Of a DNA stretch of 39,909 bases, positions 16,951-25,309 are shown one piece after another. The stretch lies in UHGV virus genome UHGV-0195847, one strand, 5' to 3'. The notes beneath the pieces were generated by a model. It saw nothing but the letters and a program-made list of their open reading frames with translations. It was not told the origin of the DNA and did no database searches. Both the position numbers and the translations under genes were made by a program. The stretch's first letter is position 1, and each line of letters starts with the position of its first letter. This DNA is from a virus.

Positions 16951-18987
16951 ATGAATGAAGTAATGCAATGGTATGAACGTGACATGACCCTGGCACAGGC
17001 CATGGATGGAATAGAAACCAATATGTGGGCCTCAGTCAGGAATTACATAGCGGTTGGGTTTTATCTTAAGGCCATCCGGGACAGAAAACTCTTCCAGGAG
17101 GCCGGATATCAGAATTTTGAGGAATTCGTCCGTGACAAATACGACCGGGATAAGGGCTGGGCCAGCCGGTGCATCAAGGTCAATGATCAGTTGAGTAAGG
17201 ACGGGAACAGCCCGGTGCTGGCGGAGGAGTATAGGGAGTATAAGGTCTCCCAGCTGGTGGAGCTGGCTTACCTGACGGAAGAACAGCGGACCCTGGCTAA
17301 TCCGGATATGACAGTGAAGCAGCTGCAGGCTATCCGGAAGCCGGAACCTCAGCTGGAAAAAGAAGTTGTGACATTACAACCAGAGCTGAAGGAACATGAG
17401 GGAGAGCTGAGCGGGAAAGTTGTAACATCGCAACTGGATGAAGGAGCTGAAAGAGAGCCGGAGGTAATACATTTCACAGCCGGAAACAGGACAATTGACA
17501 ATGCCTATGGCGCTACAATTGCCGCAGTCGTAAGAGCATATCTGGATGCCGGGTATTCCAGGCCCGAAAAAGAGTGTGAAGTGACAACTTTTGGGTTGGT
17601 GTATAAAGTGCTTAAACGGCAGGATGTTACAGTTTTCTACACGGATTCGGGCCGGACAGTTTTTGATATCGAAAATGCCCGCCTGGAGGAAGAGTATCAG
17701 TACTGGCATGGAACTAAGGCGGAGCCGGAACTTGTGACGTCACAAGTTGAACCGGAGCCGGGCCCCCAGGATGAAGAACCGGAGCCTGAGCCGGAACTAC
17801 CAAAGTCAGAACAGGCTCATCCAGAGAAGTCCGGGAAGTGCATCCACCGGCCAGAATTTGACTGTACCCTGGAGGAGGCCCATAAGCTCATCCCGGGAAC
17901 CGGGGAGGACTGCAGCCGGGTGTGCTGCTGGGAATGCGTCAGGCGCGGTGACTGCGAGTTGGAATGTTATAGTTCGCAGCGGCGCCCGGAGCATCTGAAA
18001 ACCTCAAAGGCAGAGCCGGATTGTCCGCCGCTGGAAGCCGCGGATACGCACCGGGAGGAAACGGCCATCCCTTCCCAGGAGGAATGTGTTCTGGACTTCT
18101 ATCAGCATCACATGTCCAAGCCGTGTGCGCAGGCCGCCAATGACGGGAACGCAAAACTGCTGAGGCAGGAGCTGATAATCAATCACGGAGAACCCCATAA
18201 CAGCGGGTCAACGGAGTACGGCTTTTATCAATGCGGCCCGGAACGGATTCATTTCCAGGATAATATGTGCGAGACATTTCTGAGCTTGACCTGGGGGAAG
18301 TACGTAAAGGAATTACTCAGCCTCTTGGGAAGTGCTGAGGACGAGGCATCAGAACATGAAAACGATGTTCCTGGTATGCCAGAATCCCAGGATACCGTGA
18401 TTGATGGTGAATTCACGGAGATTTCAGAAACGGAGGAGGACATCCGGGCCCCGGAGGAACCCATGACCGAGCTGCAGATTGCCCAGGATGAACTGGAGCG
18501 TGCCAAAAAGCTGCTTAATGATGGGCTAAAATGTGATGTGGATGAAAATGACATACATATCCGCCGGCTGAAAATAAAGGTTTGCGCCCTGGCCAGCTAT
18601 GTGTGCGATTTGGATGACATCGTGAATCCGCCCAAGCCAGAACAGCCGGAGCTTCCCTTGCTGAAAAACAATGACCAACGGGCTGCCTTTGTGGATGCAT
18701 ATGAGACGTGGCCGTTATGGATTGAGACGAAACAGACCGGGGAACGGTACTACCGGTATGACCTGGAGGACGGCACCAGCATGGTGGTCAAGGTGTATCA
18801 CGCAATGATATTCGATGGATATGCGCCAGGAAGCTATGAGGCCAAATATCATGATGGTTACGGCCGGCATGAGTACTATCTGCTGCGGGATGGGAAGTTC
18901 TTCCGGGATTGCGATACGAACCGGTCGTTGCTGATTGAGAAACTGAAAGAGATTCAGAAGGTGAAAAAAGGCTGTAACCAGAATTAG
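16951..18987 (+). CDS. Large multidomain protein: N-terminal DUF3102-like DNA-binding region, acidic PE repeats, Cys-rich centre
   Basis: 678 aa. N-terminus NYIAVGFYLKAIRDRKLFQEAGYQNFEEFV resembles DUF3102-type HTH. EPEPGPQDEEPEPEPELP low-complexity tract. CIHRPEFDC...CSRVCCWECVRRGDCELEC. Contains a cluster of palindromic DNA sites. Confidence 0.6.
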   Translation: MNEVMQWYERDMTLAQAMDGIETNMWASVRNYIAVGFYLKAIRDRKLFQEAGYQNFEEFVRDKYDRDKGWASRCIKVNDQLSKDGNSPVLAEEYREYKVSQLVELAYLTEEQRTLANPDMTVKQLQAIRKPEPQLEKEVVTLQPELKEHEGELSGKVVTSQLDEGAEREPEVIHFTAGNRTIDNAYGATIAAVVRAYLDAGYSRPEKECEVTTFGLVYKVLKRQDVTVFYTDSGRTVFDIENARLEEEYQYWHGTKAEPELVTSQVEPEPGPQDEEPEPEPELPKSEQAHPEKSGKCIHRPEFDCTLEEAHKLIPGTGEDCSRVCCWECVRRGDCELECYSSQRRPEHLKTSKAEPDCPPLEAADTHREETAIPSQEECVLDFYQHHMSKPCAQAANDGNAKLLRQELIINHGEPHNSGSTEYGFYQCGPERIHFQDNMCETFLSLTWGKYVKELLSLLGSAEDEASEHENDVPGMPESQDTVIDGEFTEISETEEDIRAPEEPMTELQIAQDELERAKKLLNDGLKCDVDENDIHIRRLKIKVCALASYVCDLDDIVNPPKPEQPELPLLKNNDQRAAFVDAYETWPLWIETKQTGERYYRYDLEDGTSMVVKVYHAMIFDGYAPGSYEAKYHDGYGRHEYYLLRDGKFFRDCDTNRSLLIEKLKEIQKVKKGCNQN

Positions 18988-19019
18988 GATTTCTGGGAGA
19001 ACCGGAGAAAGGAGCCTGG

Positions 19020-19379
19020 ATGGAAAGAGATTTTGAAAAAGACATCATAGAGCTGGATGCTGCAATAAAGTCCAACGCGGAACGGGATAATACTTTTACG
19101 TTGTCGGTACTGCAACGGGTGAAGGCAATCATGCTGCAACAGAAAGAAAAGCTGAAAGCCTATGAGGATACCGGCCTGACGCCAGGAGAAGTCCAGTATT
19201 TAAAAGACAAAAGCGAGCCGAGAATGGTGGTGTGGACACCAGCATATCAATCATATTATTCAGCTGGTGATGAAGCAGAGTGCCTCTGTCCGGTATGTGA
19301 TTCAGATGTGGTTGAGGATGATGATTATTTCTGTCCAACTTGCGGCCAGGCATTGAAATATCATGATGAACCAAACTGA
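19020..19379 (+). CDS. Hypothetical protein with C-terminal zinc ribbon
   Basis: CPVCDS...CPTCGQ. RBS AAAGGAG. Confidence 0.5.
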   Translation: MERDFEKDIIELDAAIKSNAERDNTFTLSVLQRVKAIMLQQKEKLKAYEDTGLTPGEVQYLKDKSEPRMVVWTPAYQSYYSAGDEAECLCPVCDSDVVEDDDYFCPTCGQALKYHDEPN

Positions 19380-19407
19380 AACTTTGATACGAAAGGAGAA
19401 TCAGGAG

Positions 19408-19548
19408 ATGTGCAAGGAGTGTATTAAAAAGGTACTTGAATGGTACAGCTTTGGCATCATCGTAGGAGCAGGATTTTATATAGGACTGAATCTTGCAGTA
19501 CAGCTCCTAAAGGTGGTAACAGACGTAATGAGGCAGTGGTGTCTATGA
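19408..19548 (+). CDS. Small membrane protein (46 aa)
   Basis: ATG 19408 after GAAAGGAGAATCAGGAG. One hydrophobic helix. Confidence 0.35.
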   Translation: MCKECIKKVLEWYSFGIIVGAGFYIGLNLAVQLLKVVTDVMRQWCL

Positions 19549-19754
19549 GAAAGAAAGGCAGTAAGCAGTCCAAGGTTAGCCGCATCGACCGCAGCAAGGC
19601 CCTGGCCGCTCAGGCCGACGAGGCCATCAAGGAGCGCATCCGGACGGCGCCGGCCTATATGTACACCAGCCTGTGCCCGGTTCCGGAGCTGCGGGAGCCG
19701 CCGAAGGGAGTGATTGTACGTGGCATCAAGACCCGTGTACTACGACCTGTATGA
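19545..19754 (+). CDS. Hypothetical basic protein
   Basis: ATGA overlap with previous stop (coupled). 69 aa. Confidence 0.35.
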   Translation: MRKKGSKQSKVSRIDRSKALAAQADEAIKERIRTAPAYMYTSLCPVPELREPPKGVIVRGIKTRVLRPV

Positions 19755-20013
19755 TTGTGGCCAATACGACGGCCGGTACAGAGCAGCGGAACTGATGGTA
19801 ATGCTGGGCATCCGGCACCGGCAGCAGATAGAGCATTACAGTGACGTGGGTATCCTGTACCAAAAGCGATATACCTTTGTCAGGGCGGAGGATGGGAACG
19901 CGCCAGAACTGGCCGATGAATGGGACAGGGTGACGCAAGTATTGAAGGGATGCGGGCACGATTTGGGCAGGATACCGATTGTGGTATCTAGGGATAAGCG
20001 GAAGAGGAGGTGA
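19720..20013 (+). CDS. Hypothetical protein (possibly one gene with 19545..19754 via frameshift)
   Basis: Overlaps previous ORF in another frame. Candidate GTG 19720 after AAGGGAG. Stop overlaps the ATG of the late activator (TGATG). Confidence 0.3.
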   Translation: MASRPVYYDLYDCGQYDGRYRAAELMVMLGIRHRQQIEHYSDVGILYQKRYTFVRAEDGNAPELADEWDRVTQVLKGCGHDLGRIPIVVSRDKRKRR

Positions 20014-20471
20014 TGCCGGTGGATAAGGAGGTGCTGATACAGTATTGCGAGATGAAAGAGGAGATAAAGGACATAAGGCGACGGATTCAGAAGCTGGACA
20101 GGTTCCTGGAGGAGCCGCACCAGGTATCAGATACGGTGAAGGGTACAAGGCGGGATGGGACGATAGGAAGCATTAAGGTCACGGGATACCCCGTGCCGGA
20201 GCATTACCGGAAGCAGCGGCTGAGGGAGCGGTACAGGCAGCTTCTGGCGCGTAAGGAGGCGGAACTGCTGGAGCTGACCTGCCAGGCGGAGGAATATATA
20301 CAGGGCATACCAAAGAGCGAGGTGCGGACCATGTTCCGTCTGTATTACATAGATGGCCTGCCTTGGTGGAAGGTGGCACAGGCCATGAACCGGATGTTTC
20401 CTAAGAGGCGGGTTAAGTTTACGGAGGACAGCTGTTGGCAGCGAAATAAAAGATTTTTTGAGGAAAATTGA
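20013..20471 (+). CDS. Putative late-gene transcriptional activator, sigma-70 region-4-like (DUF1492/ArpU/RinA-like)
   Basis: C-terminus GIPKSEVRTMFRLYYIDGLPWWKVAQAMN resembles a sigma region-4 HTH. Position upstream of the packaging genes. Confidence 0.5.
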   Translation: MPVDKEVLIQYCEMKEEIKDIRRRIQKLDRFLEEPHQVSDTVKGTRRDGTIGSIKVTGYPVPEHYRKQRLRERYRQLLARKEAELLELTCQAEEYIQGIPKSEVRTMFRLYYIDGLPWWKVAQAMNRMFPKRRVKFTEDSCWQRNKRFFEEN

Positions 20472-20732
20472 AAATGTCGGTTCATGTTGGGATGAAAAGT
20501 GCTAATATGCTATCATGCGGAAGCCAGAGGGCGGAAGCACCCTCCCCATTTAAGCAACGGCCGCCAGGTATCACACCCTGGTGGCTGACTAACCGGTATT
20601 GTGTAATCTCTCATAAGACAGACCTGTACATTAACGGACAATGCCGCAGGGTACACAACCGGTGAGGTATCTGGTTTTATCCCCCATGACGTTTTCCAGA
20701 TACATAGACAGATTTTCTCCTTTGGATGAGTC

Positions 20733-20765
20733 CCTGCCAGTGCGGCGGGGGCTTTTCTTTTGTCA
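20733..20765 (+). terminator. Terminator-like hairpin upstream of moron
   Basis: CCCTGCC-AGTGC-GGCGGGG (one G.U) followed by GCTTTTCTTTTG. Confidence 0.45.
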
Positions 20766-20806
20766 GATTTTGGTGTATGATAAAAAGAACTAAGGAGGGA
20801 AACAAG

Positions 20807-21493
20807 GTGGATCAGGAAAATGATGTGAGGAGTGTTCTAATTGAAAAAAAATATGATGCGCGTAAATGGAAAAAAATTATGGACACTACACAAAGTAATT
20901 ATGCGAATATGATAAAACGTTTAGATAGGAGGAACAAGGTATCAAATTATGTATTAATTTACTATAGTATATTTTTAATTGCCATAACATTAACTGGGAA
21001 GTATTTTCCAAAATATTTCAGCACTATTTTAGGGGAATATTTTGGTATTTTACTTTCAATAATTATGCTGGCATATTCTCTTGTAAATAACAGTGCAAAT
21101 TATTCTGTTAGAATTTCAAAAATTGAAGAAGCATTAAATAAATTAAAGACAATAAAAAGAGAAGTTAATGATGAGAATATAGATACATATAAAGAAAAAT
21201 ATTATGCTATAACAGATACTACCGAGCGTCGGGAGGATGTTGATTTTTTTGTTACTGTAAAACATTTATGCAAAGAGTATAATATAAACGTGATAACAAA
21301 AAAATCTAAAGATAAAGATCATATAGGGCTTGATGAACAAGAAAAAGTCGTAAACGATTATGTTAGCGAAATTAATATTTACTTGGAAGAAAGTAAAATT
21401 ATTTTTGAATACCTTTGGTATGGGTTATTGTTTTTTACTCCAATGCTAATTTTTGCTTTATGTTTTATTGTAAAAATACGTGGAGGTGTATAA
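20807..21493 (+). CDS. AT-rich moron: 3-TM membrane protein with SLATT-like N-terminal 2TM topology (candidate defence/abortive-infection effector)
   Basis: 228 aa. GTG start after AAGGAGGG. Helices YVLIYYSIFLIAITLTG, ILGEYFGILLSIIMLAYSLV, and C-terminal YGLLFFTPMLIFALCFIV. ~27% GC versus ~50% flanks. TGTATGAT extended -10 at 20774-20781. Own terminator downstream. Confidence 0.55.
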   Translation: MDQENDVRSVLIEKKYDARKWKKIMDTTQSNYANMIKRLDRRNKVSNYVLIYYSIFLIAITLTGKYFPKYFSTILGEYFGILLSIIMLAYSLVNNSANYSVRISKIEEALNKLKTIKREVNDENIDTYKEKYYAITDTTERREDVDFFVTVKHLCKEYNINVITKKSKDKDHIGLDEQEKVVNDYVSEINIYLEESKIIFEYLWYGLLFFTPMLIFALCFIVKIRGGV

Positions 21494-21596
21494 AATTACT
21501 TCGGGGTGGAACGACTCTATTACTGAAATAAGCAAAAGAAAAAGACAGCCTATTTGGCTACCTCATCCCTGCAAAACTCATACAGCGTAATACCTA

Positions 21597-21630
21597 GGCA
21601 CCTGTCAATCCAACAGGTGCTATTTTATTG
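21597..21630 (+). terminator. Rho-independent terminator after moron, abutting terS RBS
   Basis: GCACCTGT-CAATCCA-ACAGGTGC 8-bp stem followed by TATTTTATT. Confidence 0.7.
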
Positions 21631-21650
21631 CATGAAAGTAGGGGAGTCAG

Positions 21651-22229
21651 ATGGCATTAACGCCAAAACAGAAGATATTTGCAGATGAATACCTAATTGA
21701 CCTTAATGCCACCAGGGCTTACAAGGTGGCGTATCCGAGCTGCAAAAAGGATGATACGGCAGCAGTCAACGGAAGCAGGATGCTAAGAAATGCTAAGGTT
21801 GCGGAATATATACAAGAGCGCATGAAAGAACGGGAGAAGCGTACTGAGATTACGCAGGACTGGGTATTGGAGGAACTGCGCAAGATTGCCAGCGTAAACG
21901 GAACCGATTTTGCACAGGTTGTGCGAGAGCCGGTCATCCGTAATAACTCTTATGTGGTGGATCCCGATACTGGCCAGGTGCGGACAAGGGATGTGGTCAG
22001 GATAATCCCGACAGCGGAACTGACAGAAGAAAAACGGGCGGCTATCTCCGCAATCAAGGAAACAAAGTTTGGAATAAATGTGGAAACCTATGACAGGTTA
22101 AGAGCCTTGGAGCTCCTGGGACGCCATCTGGGGATGTTTAAGGACAAGATGGAGCTGTCTGGTGGCCTGGATACCGAAAAGACCAAGCTGGATGACTTGC
22201 TCCAGCAGATGCGCGGTGGTGGCCAATGA
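21651..22229 (+). CDS. terS: Terminase small subunit (Terminase_2 family)
   Basis: LTPKQKIFADEYLIDLNATRAY... matches the conserved N-terminus of terminase small subunits. Precedes TerL. Confidence 0.85.
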   Translation: MALTPKQKIFADEYLIDLNATRAYKVAYPSCKKDDTAAVNGSRMLRNAKVAEYIQERMKEREKRTEITQDWVLEELRKIASVNGTDFAQVVREPVIRNNSYVVDPDTGQVRTRDVVRIIPTAELTEEKRAAISAIKETKFGINVETYDRLRALELLGRHLGMFKDKMELSGGLDTEKTKLDDLLQQMRGGGQ

Positions 22230-23575
22230 GTGCAGAGAGATTATTACTATCAGATAAGTACAAGGCGTTCCTGCATTGTGATGCGCCGGTGGAGTTCCTG
22301 GAGGGTACCACGGCAGCCGGAAAGACCACGGTAGGCCTGTTCAAGTTCATGCTCAAAGTGGCGGAGTCACCCAAAAAGCTTCACATCCTGGCAGCGGATG
22401 ACACCGGCGCCGCAGAGAAAAATATCATCCAGAAGGACCTGGGTATCCTGGATGACTTCGGCGTACTGGTGGAGTACAAAGGTAACGGCGGAGGTGGTTA
22501 TAACATGCCCCACATCCTCTTCCACACATCCGGCGGCGATAAGATAATCTTTGTTGTCGGCTATGGCAACAAGCGCAAGTGGAAGGATGCCTTGGGCGGC
22601 CAGTACGGATGCCTGTACATTGATGAGATTAACACGGCCGACATAGAGTTTGTGCGTGAGGCCGCCATGCGGAGTGATTACCTGATGGCCACGCTCAATC
22701 CGGATGACCCTGGCCTGGATGTCTACAAGGAGTATATCAACTGTTCCAGGCCGCTGCCGGAATGGGCGGATGAGACGCCAAAAGAGATAATGGACGAATT
22801 ACAGGAAGAACCAAAACCCGGTTGGGTACATTGGTTCTTTTCTTTTGTCCATAACCTGGGCCTGAGCAAGGAAAAACTGGAACAGATAATGACCAATACC
22901 CCGAAAGGGACGAAAATCTGGAAGAATAAGATTCAGGGACTGCGTGGTAAGGCAACCGGACTGATATTCTCCAACTTTGAGCGGTCTAAGCATGTCATCA
23001 CAGTCCAGCAGGCCAAGGCACTGAAATTCAAAAAGTTCACGGCGGCTTTGGACACATCCTACTCTTCCAAGTCCCCGGATACCATAGCCATGATATTCCA
23101 GGGAATCACGGAGGACAGGAAGCTTATCACCCTGGCCGAAAAAGTCTATAACAATTCCAAGCTTGACATCCCCCTGGCGCCCAGTGACACAGCAGTCAAG
23201 TTTGTGGCCTTCCTGGAACAGTGTCGGAAGGATTGGGGATTTGTCAAGGATGTGTACATAGACAATGCGGACCAGGCGACCATCACGGAGTTGCGCAAGT
23301 ACAAGCGGCTTAAAGGCTGCCTGCATAATTTTTATGATTCCTACAAACGGCCAGAGATTTTGGACCGTATCAACCTACAGCTGGGCTGGATACAGCAGGG
23401 ATGTTACCTGGTGGTGGATACCTGTGCGGAGCACCTGTCCGAGTTAGACCGGTACTCGTGGGATGACGAGAAGGATAAGCCAGAGGACAGGAACGACCAT
23501 ACCATTAATGCCAATCAGTATGCGTGGATACCATACCGGAACCTGATTGGATTTGAGGAGGCTGAGAAGAAATGA
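22226..23575 (+). CDS. terL: Terminase large subunit, PBSX/XtmB family
   Basis: Walker A GTTAAGKT. 449 aa. Nuclease-domain acidic residues. Followed by portal. Confidence 0.9.
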   Translation: MSAERLLLSDKYKAFLHCDAPVEFLEGTTAAGKTTVGLFKFMLKVAESPKKLHILAADDTGAAEKNIIQKDLGILDDFGVLVEYKGNGGGGYNMPHILFHTSGGDKIIFVVGYGNKRKWKDALGGQYGCLYIDEINTADIEFVREAAMRSDYLMATLNPDDPGLDVYKEYINCSRPLPEWADETPKEIMDELQEEPKPGWVHWFFSFVHNLGLSKEKLEQIMTNTPKGTKIWKNKIQGLRGKATGLIFSNFERSKHVITVQQAKALKFKKFTAALDTSYSSKSPDTIAMIFQGITEDRKLITLAEKVYNNSKLDIPLAPSDTAVKFVAFLEQCRKDWGFVKDVYIDNADQATITELRKYKRLKGCLHNFYDSYKRPEILDRINLQLGWIQQGCYLVVDTCAEHLSELDRYSWDDEKDKPEDRNDHTINANQYAWIPYRNLIGFEEAEKK

Positions 23576-25164
23576 GGTGGCTGAATAACATGAATGAGAC
23601 AATCAAGCGGGGCATTTGTACCTGGCTGAATGTGGTGCCGGCCAGCGGGAACTGCATTCAGATTAACGAGATACTGGACTTTGAGGCTAACGCCATCCGG
23701 AACCGCATATGGTACCGTGGCGATGGTAACGAGCTGGAGCAGATGTACCAGCAGGCCCCGGAGTATGCGGATAAATATAAGTTCTGGGCCAGCAAATGCA
23801 CCCCGGGTATGGAGATGCGCAAGATACATACCGGTCTGCCTGGGCTGATTATCCGCATACTCTCAGGCATTGTCCTGGATGATATGAATGACTTTGACTT
23901 TGCGGATAATGACCGGCAGCGGCAGCTGTGGGAGGACATTGCAAAAGATAATAAGTTCACTCGTAAAATGGAGAAGGCTTTGAAGGAGGTCCTGTACATC
24001 GGGGATGGAGCCTTTAAGGTCACGATTGATACGACTGTCAGCGAGTACCCTATTCTTGAATGGTATCCAGGGGAGCGAATTGAGATTGTCCGGAACCGGG
24101 ACCGGGTGAAGGAAGTTGTGTTTAAGACTCCATATAAGGCGAACCGCGGGAAGTACATCCTGTATGAGCATTATGGATACGGCTACATCCATAATGAGTT
24201 GTATAAGGGCGACGTGCCAGTACCCCTCAATGCCATCGACGACACCAAGGGCATCAAGGACACGAAGTTTGATGATAATGTCATCCTGGCAGTACCCTTG
24301 CAGGTGTATGAGTCCACCAAATATGAAGGACGCGGCGGCAGCATCTTTGATGGTAAGCTGGACAGCTTTGACGCCTTTGACGAGGCCTGGTCCCAGTGGA
24401 TGGATGCCCTGAGGGCTGGAAGGGCCAAGACATACATACCTGAGTGCCTGATACCGCACGACCCAGCGACCGGGCAGATTATTCGCCCCAATTCTTTTGA
24501 TAATCAGTATTTTGCCTCTGATAACGACATGTCAGAAAGTGCGGATAACAAGGTCAACGTGGTGCAGCCGGCAATACCCCATGACAGTTATCTTGCATCT
24601 TACTGTACAGCTCTGGACCTTTGTCTGCAGGGGGTCATAAGTCCCAGCACTTTGGGCATTGATGTCAAGAAGCTGGATAATGCTGAGGCTCAGCGTGAGA
24701 AAGAAAAAGCTACCCTGTATACCCGGAACGCCATCGTGGAGGCGCTGCAGGAAACCCTGCCTGAGCTGGTGGAGGCAACCATCAACGCATATAACTTCCT
24801 GCATGGAAAGGCTGCGGAGGAGGTTAAGGTGGACATCCCATTTGGTGAGTATGCAAACCCATCCTTTGAGAGTCAGGTGGAGACTTTGGCCAAGGCCCGG
24901 CCCGGCGTCCCCATGATGAGCATTGAGGCCCAGGTAGAAGAGCTGTATGGGGACAGCAAGGATGATGCATGGAAACAAGAGGAGATAGCGCGGCTGAAGG
25001 CAGAGCAGGGCATTGCGGAAGTGGAGGAACCCGGAATCAATGAGGCTGCCGGCGGTTTCCAACTGAACATGGAGGGAGGAAAGGCAGATGAAGGTCAAGG
25101 TAATGAACCGTCTGTACCAGATGAACCAGAAGGAGTACCAGGGGCTGCTGCAGGTGGCAAGTGA
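23572..25164 (+). CDS. Portal protein (SPP1 gp6-like)
   Basis: 530 aa. Immediately after TerL. Gly/acidic C-terminal tail. Confidence 0.8.
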   Translation: MRWLNNMNETIKRGICTWLNVVPASGNCIQINEILDFEANAIRNRIWYRGDGNELEQMYQQAPEYADKYKFWASKCTPGMEMRKIHTGLPGLIIRILSGIVLDDMNDFDFADNDRQRQLWEDIAKDNKFTRKMEKALKEVLYIGDGAFKVTIDTTVSEYPILEWYPGERIEIVRNRDRVKEVVFKTPYKANRGKYILYEHYGYGYIHNELYKGDVPVPLNAIDDTKGIKDTKFDDNVILAVPLQVYESTKYEGRGGSIFDGKLDSFDAFDEAWSQWMDALRAGRAKTYIPECLIPHDPATGQIIRPNSFDNQYFASDNDMSESADNKVNVVQPAIPHDSYLASYCTALDLCLQGVISPSTLGIDVKKLDNAEAQREKEKATLYTRNAIVEALQETLPELVEATINAYNFLHGKAAEEVKVDIPFGEYANPSFESQVETLAKARPGVPMMSIEAQVEELYGDSKDDAWKQEEIARLKAEQGIAEVEEPGINEAAGGFQLNMEGGKADEGQGNEPSVPDEPEGVPGAAAGGK

Positions 25165-25309
25165 GCAGGTGCCGTTCGGGATATACGCCATTGAAAAGCA
25201 GGGATATGCAGAGCTGCGCTGTGATAAGTGTAGCAGCGTCACACAGCTTAAGAGTCTCACACGGCAGTTTAAGGCGCAAGGGTTTAAGGTACATGCAAAT
25301 GGGAGGTGA
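25088..25309 (+). CDS. Small hypothetical protein overlapping portal 3' end
   Basis: 73 aa. Strong RBS GGAGGGAGGAAAGG. Stop overlaps the MuF start. Confidence 0.35.
   Translation: MKVKVMNRLYQMNQKEYQGLLQVASEQVPFGIYAIEKQGYAELRCDKCSSVTQLKSLTRQFKAQGFKVHANGR

Noticed and set aside
20468-20665. 65-aa ORF after the late activator
   Set aside because: No RBS, odd amino-acid composition, sits in a highly structured promoter-to-terminator region. Treated as non-coding (candidate sRNA) instead.
20726-20806. N-terminal 27 codons of ORF-track call 20726..21493
   Set aside because: This extension would run through the terminator-like hairpin and the extended -10 element. A GTG at 20807 with an AAGGAGGG RBS is a far better start.
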